Origin: a virus
Direction: 5' to 3' (one strand)
IMG/VR virus record: IMGVR_UViG_3300037117_000143
Coordinates: 4,447 to 68,446 of that record
DNA length: 64,000 bases
Shown: one piece after another, positions 8,774-19,849 of the stretch
Numbering within the stretch: the first letter of the stretch is position 1
How the letters are laid out: each line of letters begins with the position of its first letter
Notes under the pieces: model-generated
What the model was told of the DNA's origin: nothing
The model's database searches: none
What the model saw: the letters and a program-made list of their open reading frames with translations, nothing else
Position numbers and translations under genes: made by a program

Positions 8774-9784
8774 ATGGGCATTCCTAGTGGTGCATTCCCA
8801 GGCGCAACGTCTGGCACGACTCCTCCCATCTACCCGGTCGGTAGCTCTGGCAACCAGCTCCAAGCTACGGGCTTCATCCCGGAGATTTGGTCTGGCAAGT
8901 TGGTTGAGAAGTTCTACGCGAGCACGGTGCTCGCCGCGATCTCCAACACCGACTACGAAGGTGAGATCAAAAACAAGGGCGACCGCGTTAAGATCCGCAC
9001 CAAGCCGACGATCACCATTCGAAACTACGACTCGGATGGCTTGCTCGCTCTTGACCGCCCGACGGGTGGCACGGTCGAGCTCTACATCGGCAACGGCAAG
9101 TACTTCTCTCTGATCCTCGACGACGTCATGGAAGTTCAGTCCGACCTGAACATTCTCTCCATGTGGTCGGACGACGCTGCACAACAGCTGAAGATCGCTG
9201 TTGACTCGGACGTGCTCCAGGGCATCGTCGGTCAGATGGCGGCTGCCAATCAGGGCACCGCCGCGGGCGTGATCACTGCCTCGTTGAACCTCGGCGCTCA
9301 GGGCTCGTCCCTGTCGGTCGTGGGCCGCAACGCGGGCGTCGGTCAGGTCGAACTCCTCGACGTTCTTATGCGTATGGGCCAAGCGCTCGACGAGCAGAAC
9401 ATCCCGGAAGTCGGCCGCTGGGTCGTTATGCCGGCTTGGGCTGGCCGCATGATCAAACAGTCCGAGCTCCGTCAGGCCTACTTGTCTGGCGACAGCGTGT
9501 CGATGCTGCGGAACGGCCGGTTGGGCATGGTGGATCGCTTCACCCTGTACGTAAGCAACCTCTTGCCGAACAACAGCAACGACTCGGCGCAGTACAACTC
9601 GGGCGAATGGCCGATCTTCGCTGGCCACGCGCATGGGCTGACGTTCGCCAGCCAGATTTCCAAAGTCGAGACGTTGCGTTCCGAGCTGACCTTCGGTCAG
9701 ATCCTGAGAGGTCTCCAGGTATACGGATACCAGGTCGTTGACGGGAAGGCCCTTTGTCAGGCCCAGGTCACGCCAGCTTCCTAA
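8774..9784 (+). CDS. Major capsid protein
   Basis: FIPEIWSGKL, ISNTDYEGEIK..GD.VKIR, RNGRLGMVDRF..Y.SN, RGLQVYG; highly biased codon usage; followed by a terminator. Confidence 0.92.
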   Translation: MGIPSGAFPGATSGTTPPIYPVGSSGNQLQATGFIPEIWSGKLVEKFYASTVLAAISNTDYEGEIKNKGDRVKIRTKPTITIRNYDSDGLLALDRPTGGTVELYIGNGKYFSLILDDVMEVQSDLNILSMWSDDAAQQLKIAVDSDVLQGIVGQMAAANQGTAAGVITASLNLGAQGSSLSVVGRNAGVGQVELLDVLMRMGQALDEQNIPEVGRWVVMPAWAGRMIKQSELRQAYLSGDSVSMLRNGRLGMVDRFTLYVSNLLPNNSNDSAQYNSGEWPIFAGHAHGLTFASQISKVETLRSELTFGQILRGLQVYGYQVVDGKALCQAQVTPAS

Positions 9785-9811
9785 GTGATTTCAACCACTT
9801 AGATAACATCT

Positions 9812-9843
9812 AAGCCGGGGCCTCGAGGCCCCGGTTTCTTTTT
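9812..9843 (+). terminator. Rho-independent terminator after the MCP
   Basis: GCCGGGGCC-TCGA-GGCCCCGGT followed by TTCTTTTT. Confidence 0.85.
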
Positions 9844-9914
9844 ATCTGGCCCCTGTTGACATTTTCCACCAATAGTATATTTGTCAATTCATGATCCAAC
9901 TTTAGGAGACTGAA

Positions 9915-10424
9915 ATGACAAAACCTAATCCCCGAGCCCGCGCTTATCCCGCGCAACGTGCTGCCCGCGTTGACCGTTCAAAAATGACCCTGGAGGAATG
10001 GGCAGGGCATAAACGCATAAAAGATTGTGAAAAGTGCGCCCGATGGAATGCACGTAATCCAGGAAAAAGTAACAGCAACCTTAGACGGCGTCGCGCTGAA
10101 AATCCGTGGTATTCTTCATTACTGCATGCGGGCGATCGCTCAAGAAAAAATGGGTTGGTTTATGACCTTACAATTGAGTGGGCCATTGCTACCTATACCG
10201 GAGCTTGCTCTTTGACCGGCATCCCATTTATTATTTCTGCACAAGGGCCAGCTGGTAAGAGCGGCCTTCGCCCTTACTCCCCGTCTATTGATCGGATTAA
10301 CCCACTGAAAGGCTACACCCAAGACAATTGCCGGTGGGTGCTAAGTGCGGTGAACTCGTTTAAAGGCGAAATGACCGATGCCGAAATGCTGACGATCGCG
10401 AAGGCCCTTCTCGCGCAAGCTTAA
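9915..10424 (+). CDS. HNH-like homing endonuclease
   Basis: G.CSLTGIPF, SPSIDRINPLKGYTQDNCRWV...VNSFK; SD AGGAGA. Confidence 0.8.
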   Translation: MTKPNPRARAYPAQRAARVDRSKMTLEEWAGHKRIKDCEKCARWNARNPGKSNSNLRRRRAENPWYSSLLHAGDRSRKNGLVYDLTIEWAIATYTGACSLTGIPFIISAQGPAGKSGLRPYSPSIDRINPLKGYTQDNCRWVLSAVNSFKGEMTDAEMLTIAKALLAQA

Positions 10425-10452
10425 TCATTCCCTAACCCCCTTAGACTAGGCT
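10421..10452 (+). promoter_or_regulatory. CtrA-box-like late promoter upstream of the adaptor/tail operon
   Basis: TTAA-tcattcc-CTAA-N11-TAGGCT. Confidence 0.55.
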
Positions 10453-10480
10453 CCCAGCTGAACGCTGTGGAGCCTTTTCT

Positions 10481-10903
10481 ATGTACAACCTCGAAACCGT
10501 GAAAGAATACATCGATGACGCGCGAACCCTCCTGCTTGATCAGATCGCGCCCTACCGTTATTCCGACGTCTCCCTTCTCGTTGCATTTAACATCGCCCTT
10601 CTGGAAGGCCGTCGTCTTCGGCCAGACCTTTTCGTCTACCGGCACGGTAACAGTGTCCCTTCCTATTCCGCCATCACCGGCGAAAAAGTTCACATTGAGC
10701 CCCAGTTCCGAAAAGCCTTCGTCTACGGGCTTGCTGCGCACGCGCTCGCGCGCGACCAAGAGGACGTCCAGGATCAGCGATCAAATATGTTCCAAAGCGT
10801 CATGAACTCCATCTTGACCGGTCTTGGCGGCGCGCCGATTGGCGGCGGCACCCCGCACGGTGGCCCACAACAGGGAGGCGGCATGCAGCTGCCTAGCGCC
10901 TAA
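10481..10903 (+). CDS. Head-tail adaptor-like virion protein
   Basis: ARTLLLD...YRYSD..L...FN.AL....RLRPDLF; post-MCP position. Confidence 0.7.
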   Translation: MYNLETVKEYIDDARTLLLDQIAPYRYSDVSLLVAFNIALLEGRRLRPDLFVYRHGNSVPSYSAITGEKVHIEPQFRKAFVYGLAAHALARDQEDVQDQRSNMFQSVMNSILTGLGGAPIGGGTPHGGPQQGGGMQLPSA

Positions 10904-11598
10904 TGGCCATTCAGATCCGTGACTTTGAACGATTGATGAACCAGGCGCGTATCCAGCTCCCTGGCTCGTCCGATGCCGGCGTGAAAGGCGTCATGTTTGA
11001 CATTATCGACGAGTTCTTCGACGTGTCCAACAGCTGGACCGAGTGGCTCTCGTTAGCCATCCTGCCCGGCGCGCAAATATACGCGGTCTATCCGCAGCAC
11101 GGTGGCATGATCAACCGTCTCGTCACTGCGCTTGATAGCAACCAGGTCGTACTGCCGGCCGGCATAACTTTTGGCGATTCGCCCGCGAGTGTCGGCCACA
11201 TTCACGTCGACCCGCCTGGCGTCGTGCTATCGCTGACGTTCCCACAGAACACGTCCTACTCGGCGAGCGTTCTGGTGACCAAAAAGACCATTTTGCCGAC
11301 GAGCGGTGACGATATTCCCAATGCGCCATCGTGGTTATTTCCACTTTACGCCCGCTATATTCTCGAGGGCACAGTCGGCACGTTGATGATGCAGAAGGGG
11401 AAGTCGTACACTGATTTCAACAATGCACCGTTCCATTTGAAGAAATTCCGCGATGGCATGGCCATGGCGAAGACGGCGACGATGCGCAGTGGAATTTTCG
11501 GTGGCCAGAGCTGGGGCTTCCCGCGGTTGTTCCGGACGAACAGTCAGCGCGGTGGTGTCTCGACGCCATTCCCGACACCGAGCGGACAGGGGTTCTAA
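10903..11598 (+). CDS. Tail tubular/adaptor virion protein (putative)
   Basis: LPG.S......EFF..S..W; coupled to the previous gene; structural context. Confidence 0.6.
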   Translation: MAIQIRDFERLMNQARIQLPGSSDAGVKGVMFDIIDEFFDVSNSWTEWLSLAILPGAQIYAVYPQHGGMINRLVTALDSNQVVLPAGITFGDSPASVGHIHVDPPGVVLSLTFPQNTSYSASVLVTKKTILPTSGDDIPNAPSWLFPLYARYILEGTVGTLMMQKGKSYTDFNNAPFHLKKFRDGMAMAKTATMRSGIFGGQSWGFPRLFRTNSQRGGVSTPFPTPSGQGF

Positions 11599-12045
11599 AT
11601 GGGCATCTATGGCATTAATACCAGTCGAGCAGAGACCGCTGCCGAAGTTGATGTCATAACGTCAACAAACTCGACATGGATGGATGCGTTCCAGTTCGAT
11701 CCGCCGCCAACTCCCGGCGGACCGCCAACACCGTACTGGCCGCAAGGGGCCAGCGGCCCGACGTGGACGTTCACCAACCAGAACTTTCGCATGGATGTGA
11801 AGACCAACATCAACGCTTCTGGGCCAATCGCATCGTGGACGTCGTCAAACAACCAGATAGTTGTTGACGATCCGATCAATCGCGTTCTGCACATGAACGT
11901 TCCTGAGAGCCAGTATCCTCTCCAGGGGATGGTGCCCGGGACCTATTTGTACGACTTCATCATGTTCGATGGTTCTTCGCCACCGATTCGCGTGATGTTG
12001 ATGCAGGGGAAATTCAAACTACAAGCCGGCGTGACCGGGGGATAA
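11599..12045 (+). CDS. Virion protein (fibre attachment-like domain)
   Basis: GTYLYD....R..LMQGKF..Q.GVT signature; directly precedes the fibre genes. Confidence 0.55.
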   Translation: MGIYGINTSRAETAAEVDVITSTNSTWMDAFQFDPPPTPGGPPTPYWPQGASGPTWTFTNQNFRMDVKTNINASGPIASWTSSNNQIVVDDPINRVLHMNVPESQYPLQGMVPGTYLYDFIMFDGSSPPIRVMLMQGKFKLQAGVTGG

Positions 12046-12049
12046 GTCG

Positions 12050-13351
12050 ATGACAGTTTCTGTGAACGGTCCAGCTCCAGTCTACGCGCGCCCCGTTGTT
12101 AGTTCGTACGGGCCACAAGGCCCCACAGGTCCGGCTGGTGGTCCAACGGGAAACACCGGTAACAGCGGCCCCACGGGCGCAGGTGCAGTGGGTCCTCAAG
12201 GACCAACCGGACAACAAGGTCTGCAGGGATTCACTGGGAATACCGGGCCGACCGGTTTCAGTGGCCCCGCCGGCGTAACCGGATCCCCAGGCGCAGCAAC
12301 AAATACTGGCGCGACGGGCCCTTCTGGCCCTACCGGCTTTACGGGTGCTGGCGGTGCCGCGTCAAACACAGGCGCTACAGGTTTTACTGGTCCTACGGGC
12401 AGCACCGGCTATGGTGCGACGGGCCCCACTGCTGGCCAAGTCGCGGTGAATTATTTCTTTGGCAGCAATGCACCGCAGGGCCAAACTGCAACGAATGGCG
12501 ACGCCGGTCTCCCGCTAGCAACAGGCTTTGGTGCCGGCCGCCTGGCTGCGTCGATTACGCCGGCGGTTAGTGGCGATGTAATGTTCAGAATTGACGGGTC
12601 AATTTATAATATTACTCTTGGTTCCCCCGTTGCACTTGGCGTAGTTTACGGCACCGGTATTGCGCCGGCATTTCAAACCGCTGTCCCTTGGAATGTTGTC
12701 GGGGGCACGGGGGCCTATAATGGCAGCAACGCCCAGTATGGTGGGTTTTCTGCGGGGGGAATTGCTTCCGGGTTAATTGCCGGAACAAAATATTGGTTTG
12801 ATCTTATAACTTATCCAATAGGTTCGGGCACGGTAGAATTGCTTACATGTAATTTGACCGCCTACGAACTTGGCGGTGGTCAGTATGGTCCTACGGGCTA
12901 CACTGGAAATACCGGACCAACTGGACCGTCTGGCCCCACCGGTCTTCAGGGCTCCGCCACAAATACAGGAGCAACAGGACCAACATTCACTGCAACGGGG
13001 AATACTGGGCCCCAGGGTGCATCTGGGCCGATCAACCTTAACGTGAACACCCTATCAACCGCCTACACGGCCGTGTTGGCTGATGGCGGCGGTGTTCTCT
13101 ACCATTCAGGAAACGATGGATCTGCGCGCACGTTTACAATTCCCGCCAACGCTGCTGTGGCGTATCCAGTTGGAACGACCCTCACGTTCGTAAATTTTGG
13201 AGGCGCTCTTACGATCGCGATTAATTCTGACACTCTAGCTTGGGCAGCGGCGAATCTTACAGGAACTCGCACACTAACATCGTACGGTATAGCTACTGCA
13301 CTCAAATTTGACGCGACTCTATGGGTAATCTCCGGCGCGGGATTGTCGTAA
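12050..13351 (+). CDS. Collagen-like (Gly-X-Thr) fibre protein
   Basis: Long GPT/GAT/GFT triplet runs; C-terminal FTIPANAAVAYPVGTTL...WVISG domain. Confidence 0.85.
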   Translation: MTVSVNGPAPVYARPVVSSYGPQGPTGPAGGPTGNTGNSGPTGAGAVGPQGPTGQQGLQGFTGNTGPTGFSGPAGVTGSPGAATNTGATGPSGPTGFTGAGGAASNTGATGFTGPTGSTGYGATGPTAGQVAVNYFFGSNAPQGQTATNGDAGLPLATGFGAGRLAASITPAVSGDVMFRIDGSIYNITLGSPVALGVVYGTGIAPAFQTAVPWNVVGGTGAYNGSNAQYGGFSAGGIASGLIAGTKYWFDLITYPIGSGTVELLTCNLTAYELGGGQYGPTGYTGNTGPTGPSGPTGLQGSATNTGATGPTFTATGNTGPQGASGPINLNVNTLSTAYTAVLADGGGVLYHSGNDGSARTFTIPANAAVAYPVGTTLTFVNFGGALTIAINSDTLAWAAANLTGTRTLTSYGIATALKFDATLWVISGAGLS

Positions 13352-13352
13352 T

Positions 13353-14087
13353 ATGGGCCACGCTCCAGTCCCGGCTCTCTTCATCAACGCCGTCATCGCC
13401 AAGACGGTAACGTACACATCGGGGTCTGGCTCGTTCCATGTGCCACCATACAATACTCTCACGATTAAAATGTGGGGCGCTGCCGGCGGCGGTGGCGGCG
13501 GTAGCGGCGGCCAGGGGGAATATGGTGGGTCCCCCGGCAGTATCGGTGCAGTTGGTGCGAATTCTACTGCCGGCTCTTTAACATCTAACGGTGGCGGCGG
13601 TGGCGGTCGCAGTGGCGGCGGCAGTGGCGGCGGAGCCAGTGGGGGCAATACGGCGAATACTGCCGGCTACCCCGGTATTACGAATAATGGTGTTGGAGGG
13701 GGCAACGGTGGCGCTGCTGCTGCTGGTGGTGGGGCTGGTGGTGCTGGCGCAACGTCTGGCTTTGGAGTAGGCGGAGCTGTTGGAAATCCTCCTGGCGGTG
13801 GCGGTGGCGCTGGTTCCGGCGGCGCACCTGGTGCATATGCCCGTGCTCCTGGCGTGGGTGGCGGCGGTGGCGGTGGCGGTGGATACACGTATAGTTTATG
13901 GAACCCCTCCACTACCGGGGCCCCAGCTACCGGATCAACTATTGCTTGGATAGTTGGAGCAGGCGGCACGGGGGGCGCGGGGGGCGCGGGTGGCGGTGGC
14001 GGCGGTGGCAGTCAGTTTCCCGCTGGCGGAGCTGGCGGAGCTGGCGGAGCTGGTGCCCGCGGACAAGTCCAATTCATAGTGAGCTAG
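13353..14087 (+). CDS. Glycine-rich fibre tip/adhesin-like protein
   Basis: F.VP....I.MWGAAGGGG...VGAGG pattern with poly-Gly runs. Confidence 0.75.
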   Translation: MGHAPVPALFINAVIAKTVTYTSGSGSFHVPPYNTLTIKMWGAAGGGGGGSGGQGEYGGSPGSIGAVGANSTAGSLTSNGGGGGGRSGGGSGGGASGGNTANTAGYPGITNNGVGGGNGGAAAAGGGAGGAGATSGFGVGGAVGNPPGGGGGAGSGGAPGAYARAPGVGGGGGGGGGYTYSLWNPSTTGAPATGSTIAWIVGAGGTGGAGGAGGGGGGGSQFPAGGAGGAGGAGARGQVQFIVS

Positions 14088-14089
14088 TT

Positions 14090-14321
14090 ATGCCCGACTT
14101 CTACGCAAACGCTCCGCCCCCTTTCGACGTGCCCAACGACCATCCGTTTTATGCGAATCCCGCTATCGTGTTCGTGAAGGCCGGCCTGACTCCGTTAATT
14201 GAACATCCGGCCTACCCTCCGCCGTTCGCGAAGCCACCGACCAATGAAATCGTGCACCCATCAGCCGCGTCTAGTTTCAAGAGAATAACTACCTTCTCCA
14301 CGATCATTGCGAGGCAGCGCA

Positions 14322-14335
<14 letters not shown>
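14090..14335 (+). CDS. Hypothetical Pro-rich protein
   Basis: Fills the gap between fibre genes. Confidence 0.5.
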
Positions 14336-16484
<2,149 letters not shown>

Positions 16485-16485
16485 C

Positions 16486-16785
16486 ATGCAGCTTTCAAAT
16501 CAGAACATCACCGCGGGCGATACGCGCCGGTATCAGGTCGACTACACACCGTTTCTACAGGACGGTGATAAACTGACCAGCTTCACTTTGGCAATCGCCG
16601 CACAGACGCCTGCGGCCACGTCGAGCGTTGGCTCCAACTCGTTCCTCGATGTCAGCGAAACGCAGCTGTACCTGTTCGTGACAGCGGGGGTTGTTAATGA
16701 AAACTTCACGGTGAAGGTCCAGGTTAAGACCAGCTACGGTGAAACCGTCAACGATACTATATCGTACACGGTGGTAGCCGCATAG
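16486..16785 (+). CDS. Fibre-tail adaptor protein, paralogous to the N-terminus of 14322..16484
   Basis: RRYQVDYTPFLQDGDKL vs [17 protein letters not shown]; V.T.[YF]G. Confidence 0.75.
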   Translation: MQLSNQNITAGDTRRYQVDYTPFLQDGDKLTSFTLAIAAQTPAATSSVGSNSFLDVSETQLYLFVTAGVVNENFTVKVQVKTSYGETVNDTISYTVVAA

Positions 16786-16794
16786 GAGCCCCAA

Positions 16795-16944
16795 ATGTCA
16801 GTAATCACCACGCTCGAGAGCGAATGGACTCGCCTCGTCGCCGAGCTTAAGAAGGTGTTCGAGAAGGGCATCGCTGCCACGCCTCCGGGCGCGACCGGCG
16901 CAACAGGACCGACCGGTGCCACTCCCCCAACTCCCAAAGCTTGA
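16795..16944 (+). CDS. 49-aa protein with a short collagen-like tail (not in ORF track)
   Basis: SD AGGAG; [49 protein letters not shown]. Confidence 0.6.
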   Translation: MSVITTLESEWTRLVAELKKVFEKGIAATPPGATGATGPTGATPPTPKA

Positions 16945-17182
16945 GACCGATAAGGTAGCCGCTGTCTTGGATAAGGTAGCAACGCCCGATTGGCGATTGC
17001 TTCATCGATTTTGGTCAGTGCAGCTGTCTGTACTCTGGGCAATCATTGGAGGACTTTGGGTCGCGATTCCCGCGTTTCAGAGTTGGATGCATCCGGTTAC
17101 TTTCGCTTGTGTTTGCGTTGGATTTAGCTTATTGATCCTGTTCGCTAGAGCAACTAACCAACCGGGATTGCCTTTAATATGA
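16916..17182 (+). CDS. Holin (two transmembrane segments; start uncertain)
   Basis: DWRLLHRFWSVQL, two hydrophobic helices, AR..NQP; upstream of the lysozyme. Confidence 0.7.
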   Translation: MPLPQLPKLETDKVAAVLDKVATPDWRLLHRFWSVQLSVLWAIIGGLWVAIPAFQSWMHPVTFACVCVGFSLLILFARATNQPGLPLI

Positions 17183-17287
17183 GAACGCCCGCGCAAGCCC
17201 AGCAACGTCTCCGTCATTTGCGACACCTTACAACTGCGCTCACAGAATGGAAAAAGCACCCGCGTTATTCCAAACTAGCTTACTGAC

Positions 17288-17776
17288 ATGGACCTCAGGA
17301 ACATCCACCCCGCAGTCAAAGGAGCCGCAGGCGCCACCGCCGTATGGCTCGTGCTCGCGGTGGCGCTTGTTGGACCATTTGAAGGTCTGTACACCAAGAT
17401 GTATTACGACGTGGTAGGGGTCCCCACGGTTTGCTATGGCGCTACCGCAGAGGACGGCGTTGACCTTGAACGGACCTATACACCGGCCGAGTGCAAGGCG
17501 ATGCTGGGTGCAGATCTGATTAAATATGACAAAATGGTGCACAGCTGCATCGATGTACCTCTGCCACCAAGCCGGGAGGCCGCTCTTGTCAGTTTCACGT
17601 ACAACTTGGGCCAGGGTGCTTTATGCCACGGTGCTGTTGCTCGTCGCCTTAACGCTGGCGATGTGGCCGGCGGATGTCGAGCTATGCTCGCCTACGATCA
17701 CGCTGGTGGCCATCGCCTGCGGGGGTTGACTACCCGACGCCAAAAAGAGTACCAATTGTGCCTAAAGGACAATTAA
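17288..17776 (+). CDS. SAR endolysin (GH24 lysozyme)
   Basis: Gly/Ala-rich N-terminal hydrophobic segment; E-x8-D-x5-T triad (EGLYTKMYYDVVGVPT); ALVSFTYNLG; GLTTRRQKE. Confidence 0.92.
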   Translation: MDLRNIHPAVKGAAGATAVWLVLAVALVGPFEGLYTKMYYDVVGVPTVCYGATAEDGVDLERTYTPAECKAMLGADLIKYDKMVHSCIDVPLPPSREAALVSFTYNLGQGALCHGAVARRLNAGDVAGGCRAMLAYDHAGGHRLRGLTTRRQKEYQLCLKDN

Positions 17777-18137
17777 ATGCTGATGACAGCAGATATCCAC
17801 TGGGCAGCGGGCTTTCTTGATGGGGAAGGGTCATTTTCCTTTCAAGGAAGAACTCCCCGTTCGCATGGGAAATCTCTAAAAATAAGCGCCAAGCAAAAAT
17901 ACCCGCCGTCTCTCGAGAAACTTAAACGTCTGTTTGGTGGAGGGATTTCATACTACTCTCGAACAACGGGTAACCCCATCCACAGCTGGGCGATTTCTTC
18001 TGTCCGCGCCGCAGATGACGTTGTACACACTCCTGTCTCCATACCGCCAAGGGCAAATTGAAAAAGCTCTAGGGGAATGGAAACAATACAAGGAACGCTA
18101 CACCAAGGAAGGGCGAAAATGGGCATCATCGGCATAA
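17777..18137 (+). pseudogene. Frameshifted single-motif LAGLIDADG homing endonuclease
   Basis: WAAGFLDGEGSF...LKRLFGG in frame 17777; the continuation MTLYTLLSPYRQGQI is in another frame after about 18012. Confidence 0.7.
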
Positions 18138-18181
18138 TCATCGTGGTCATTATCGTCCTCTTCCTCCTGGGACACCTGTGA
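18119..18181 (+). CDS. 20-aa single-helix membrane peptide
   Basis: SD AAGGAAGGG; MGIIGIIIVVIIVLFLLGHL*; stop 1 nt before the i-spanin ATG. Confidence 0.55.
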   Translation: MGIIGIIIVVIIVLFLLGHL

Positions 18182-18182
18182 C

Positions 18183-18491
18183 ATGTTCCTCATTGACAAG
18201 TTTTTCGCGGGTGCGCTTGCGTTGGTGTTCCACTGGGGTGCAGCCGTAGCAATTATTATTCTGTTGCTTGCCCTCGCATACTTTTCCCCACTTTATAAAA
18301 AATGGTTCCTCGGCGCCGCGGGCGTAGTTTTTCTCTGCTTGGTAGCCTACGGCGTCGGCATCGCCGACGAGGCCTCGCGCGCGCAGGCACAGCAACAGGT
18401 CATAATTAAATATGTGGATCGCATCGTGGACAGAACTAAAACTCCGCGCTACCGGGCGCGAAAGGACCCATATGACAACCGCAACAACTAA
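18183..18491 (+). CDS. Inner-membrane spanin-like protein
   Basis: Transmembrane segments plus a short coiled periplasmic tail; lysis cassette position. Confidence 0.6.
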   Translation: MFLIDKFFAGALALVFHWGAAVAIIILLLALAYFSPLYKKWFLGAAGVVFLCLVAYGVGIADEASRAQAQQQVIIKYVDRIVDRTKTPRYRARKDPYDNRNN

Positions 18492-18534
18492 AGTCTCGTG
18501 TGCAATTTTCGCCATTTTATGCGGATTTTCTTAC

Positions 18535-18765
18535 ATGCGTAAAGTATCACTATTTGCGACTTTATGCATGTGCGCTGTATTCCTTGGCGGTTGTGATCCA
18601 GATCTAACGCAAGCACAAACTACCGCGATTTGTCACGCCCTCGTATCGCCGATTTACTACAACAGCTATAATCCTAAGAGTGGGCGCTACGCTGCTCACC
18701 TCCTCGTAATTACGCTCAAGCAACGAAACCAGATCTGGCAGGGGCTCCACTGCCATGTCAGATAA
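18535..18765 (+). CDS. Outer-membrane lipoprotein (o-spanin-like)
   Basis: MRKVSLFATLCMCAVFLGG-C lipobox. Confidence 0.65.
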   Translation: MRKVSLFATLCMCAVFLGGCDPDLTQAQTTAICHALVSPIYYNSYNPKSGRYAAHLLVITLKQRNQIWQGLHCHVR

Positions 18766-18807
18766 AGCGCCTGTGGGTCTAAACCGGATAAGCACGGAAC
18801 GAGACTT

Positions 18808-19047
18808 ATGCGCGCAATATCGCTGATCCTGGTCCTGAGTTTGTATACATGCAGCGGACACCCCGCACTCGCGCGCGCTGCCGCCCCCCAGTTCTCTTGC
18901 GCGAACATCCCATATTGGGTAAGGAATTACGGTATCGCGCAGATAAACCCGGTTCTGCGCAATCTCGGCATGCTCCGTTGGCAGATAGCACGTGTCGACC
19001 GGTGCTTAGCCTCAACCAACGACCCCAGCTACAACATAGGACCTTGA
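18808..19047 (+). CDS. Small secreted protein
   Basis: Signal peptide ending ...PALA; SD-like GAG. Confidence 0.55.
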   Translation: MRAISLILVLSLYTCSGHPALARAAAPQFSCANIPYWVRNYGIAQINPVLRNLGMLRWQIARVDRCLASTNDPSYNIGP

Positions 19048-19048
19048 C

Positions 19049-19222
19049 ATGGCAAAAAAATTCAACCCCGGTGGACACAAAGGTAAACTGCACCGTGAGC
19101 TCGGCGTGCCCGTGGGCAAGCCGATCGGCAAGGGGCGCATCGCCGCCGCGGCGCGCTCGAGCAACCCCGAGGTCGCCCGCGATGCCAAACGAGCCCAGAC
19201 CATGGGTAAATGGAAACATTAA
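19049..19222 (+). CDS. 57-aa basic phage protein (not in ORF track)
   Basis: SD AGGA; MAKKFNPGGHKGKLHRELGVPVGKPI...AKRAQTMGKWKH, a common phage small-protein pattern. Confidence 0.7.
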   Translation: MAKKFNPGGHKGKLHRELGVPVGKPIGKGRIAAAARSSNPEVARDAKRAQTMGKWKH

Positions 19223-19292
19223 CAAGTGCGTAAGCCCGGTCGTGCTACAAGCCATATCGGCACCCACAGCCATCGTTTTTCAGGAGCAGAAA

Positions 19293-19838
19293 ATGCCAGA
19301 GGACCCCCAGGAGACAATAGCCCCGGTGGAAACAGGATTCGGGGATCTGGCAGCGCCAGCGCCCCAGCTAGCGCCCGCGCCCACAGCGGAAGAAGTCGCA
19401 GCCGAAAGCCTCGCCCTCGAGCAGGAGAAGGCCCAGCGGCTCGCCGTTAAGTCTGCGGCCGAGGCCGAGGAGCGCGCCTCCGCGCAGCGCACGGAAGCCC
19501 CCGAAGGCGAACCCGTAGACCTGCGCAGCGATGCGGCCAAGATCAACGACCAGATCCACAGGCGGATCCTTGAGGCGCGCATGCAGGCGCGTAAGGCCGA
19601 GGTGCCGAAGCCCCCGCAGCCTGTGCACCAGCACATTATGGAACAGACCAAGCGAGAAATGGCCGAGGGTGCCGCCCAGAGCAAGTGGCACGCTGACCAG
19701 CGTGCGGCCGCGCATCATAAGCACACGCCGCGCAGTTCGACTATGAGTCCTGTTCCCGTGCCGGAGGGCTCAACCCCAGTGTTTCGCCCGGACGACTACA
19801 TTCCGGACCAGGTCAAAAAGCAGGGCTATACGACCTAA
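19293..19838 (+). CDS. Hypothetical coiled-coil protein
   Basis: SD CAGGAG before ATG 19293. Confidence 0.7.
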   Translation: MPEDPQETIAPVETGFGDLAAPAPQLAPAPTAEEVAAESLALEQEKAQRLAVKSAAEAEERASAQRTEAPEGEPVDLRSDAAKINDQIHRRILEARMQARKAEVPKPPQPVHQHIMEQTKREMAEGAAQSKWHADQRAAAHHKHTPRSSTMSPVPVPEGSTPVFRPDDYIPDQVKKQGYTT

Positions 19839-19849
19839 GGGGGTGTACT

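Noticed and set aside
8729-9634. Long antisense ORF over the MCP, and similar shadow ORFs (e.g. 24788-25579, 26072-26878, 62168-62872)
   Set aside because: Expected by-product of GC-biased codon usage; no motifs or RBS.
9856-9887. TTGACA-N20-TGTCAA inverted repeat before the HNH gene
   Set aside because: Single occurrence with poor -10 spacing; may be the endonuclease's own promoter but is not supportable.
18849-19292. N-terminal extension of ORF 18849..19838
   Set aside because: It overlaps two better-supported small genes, and a strong SD precedes ATG 19293.
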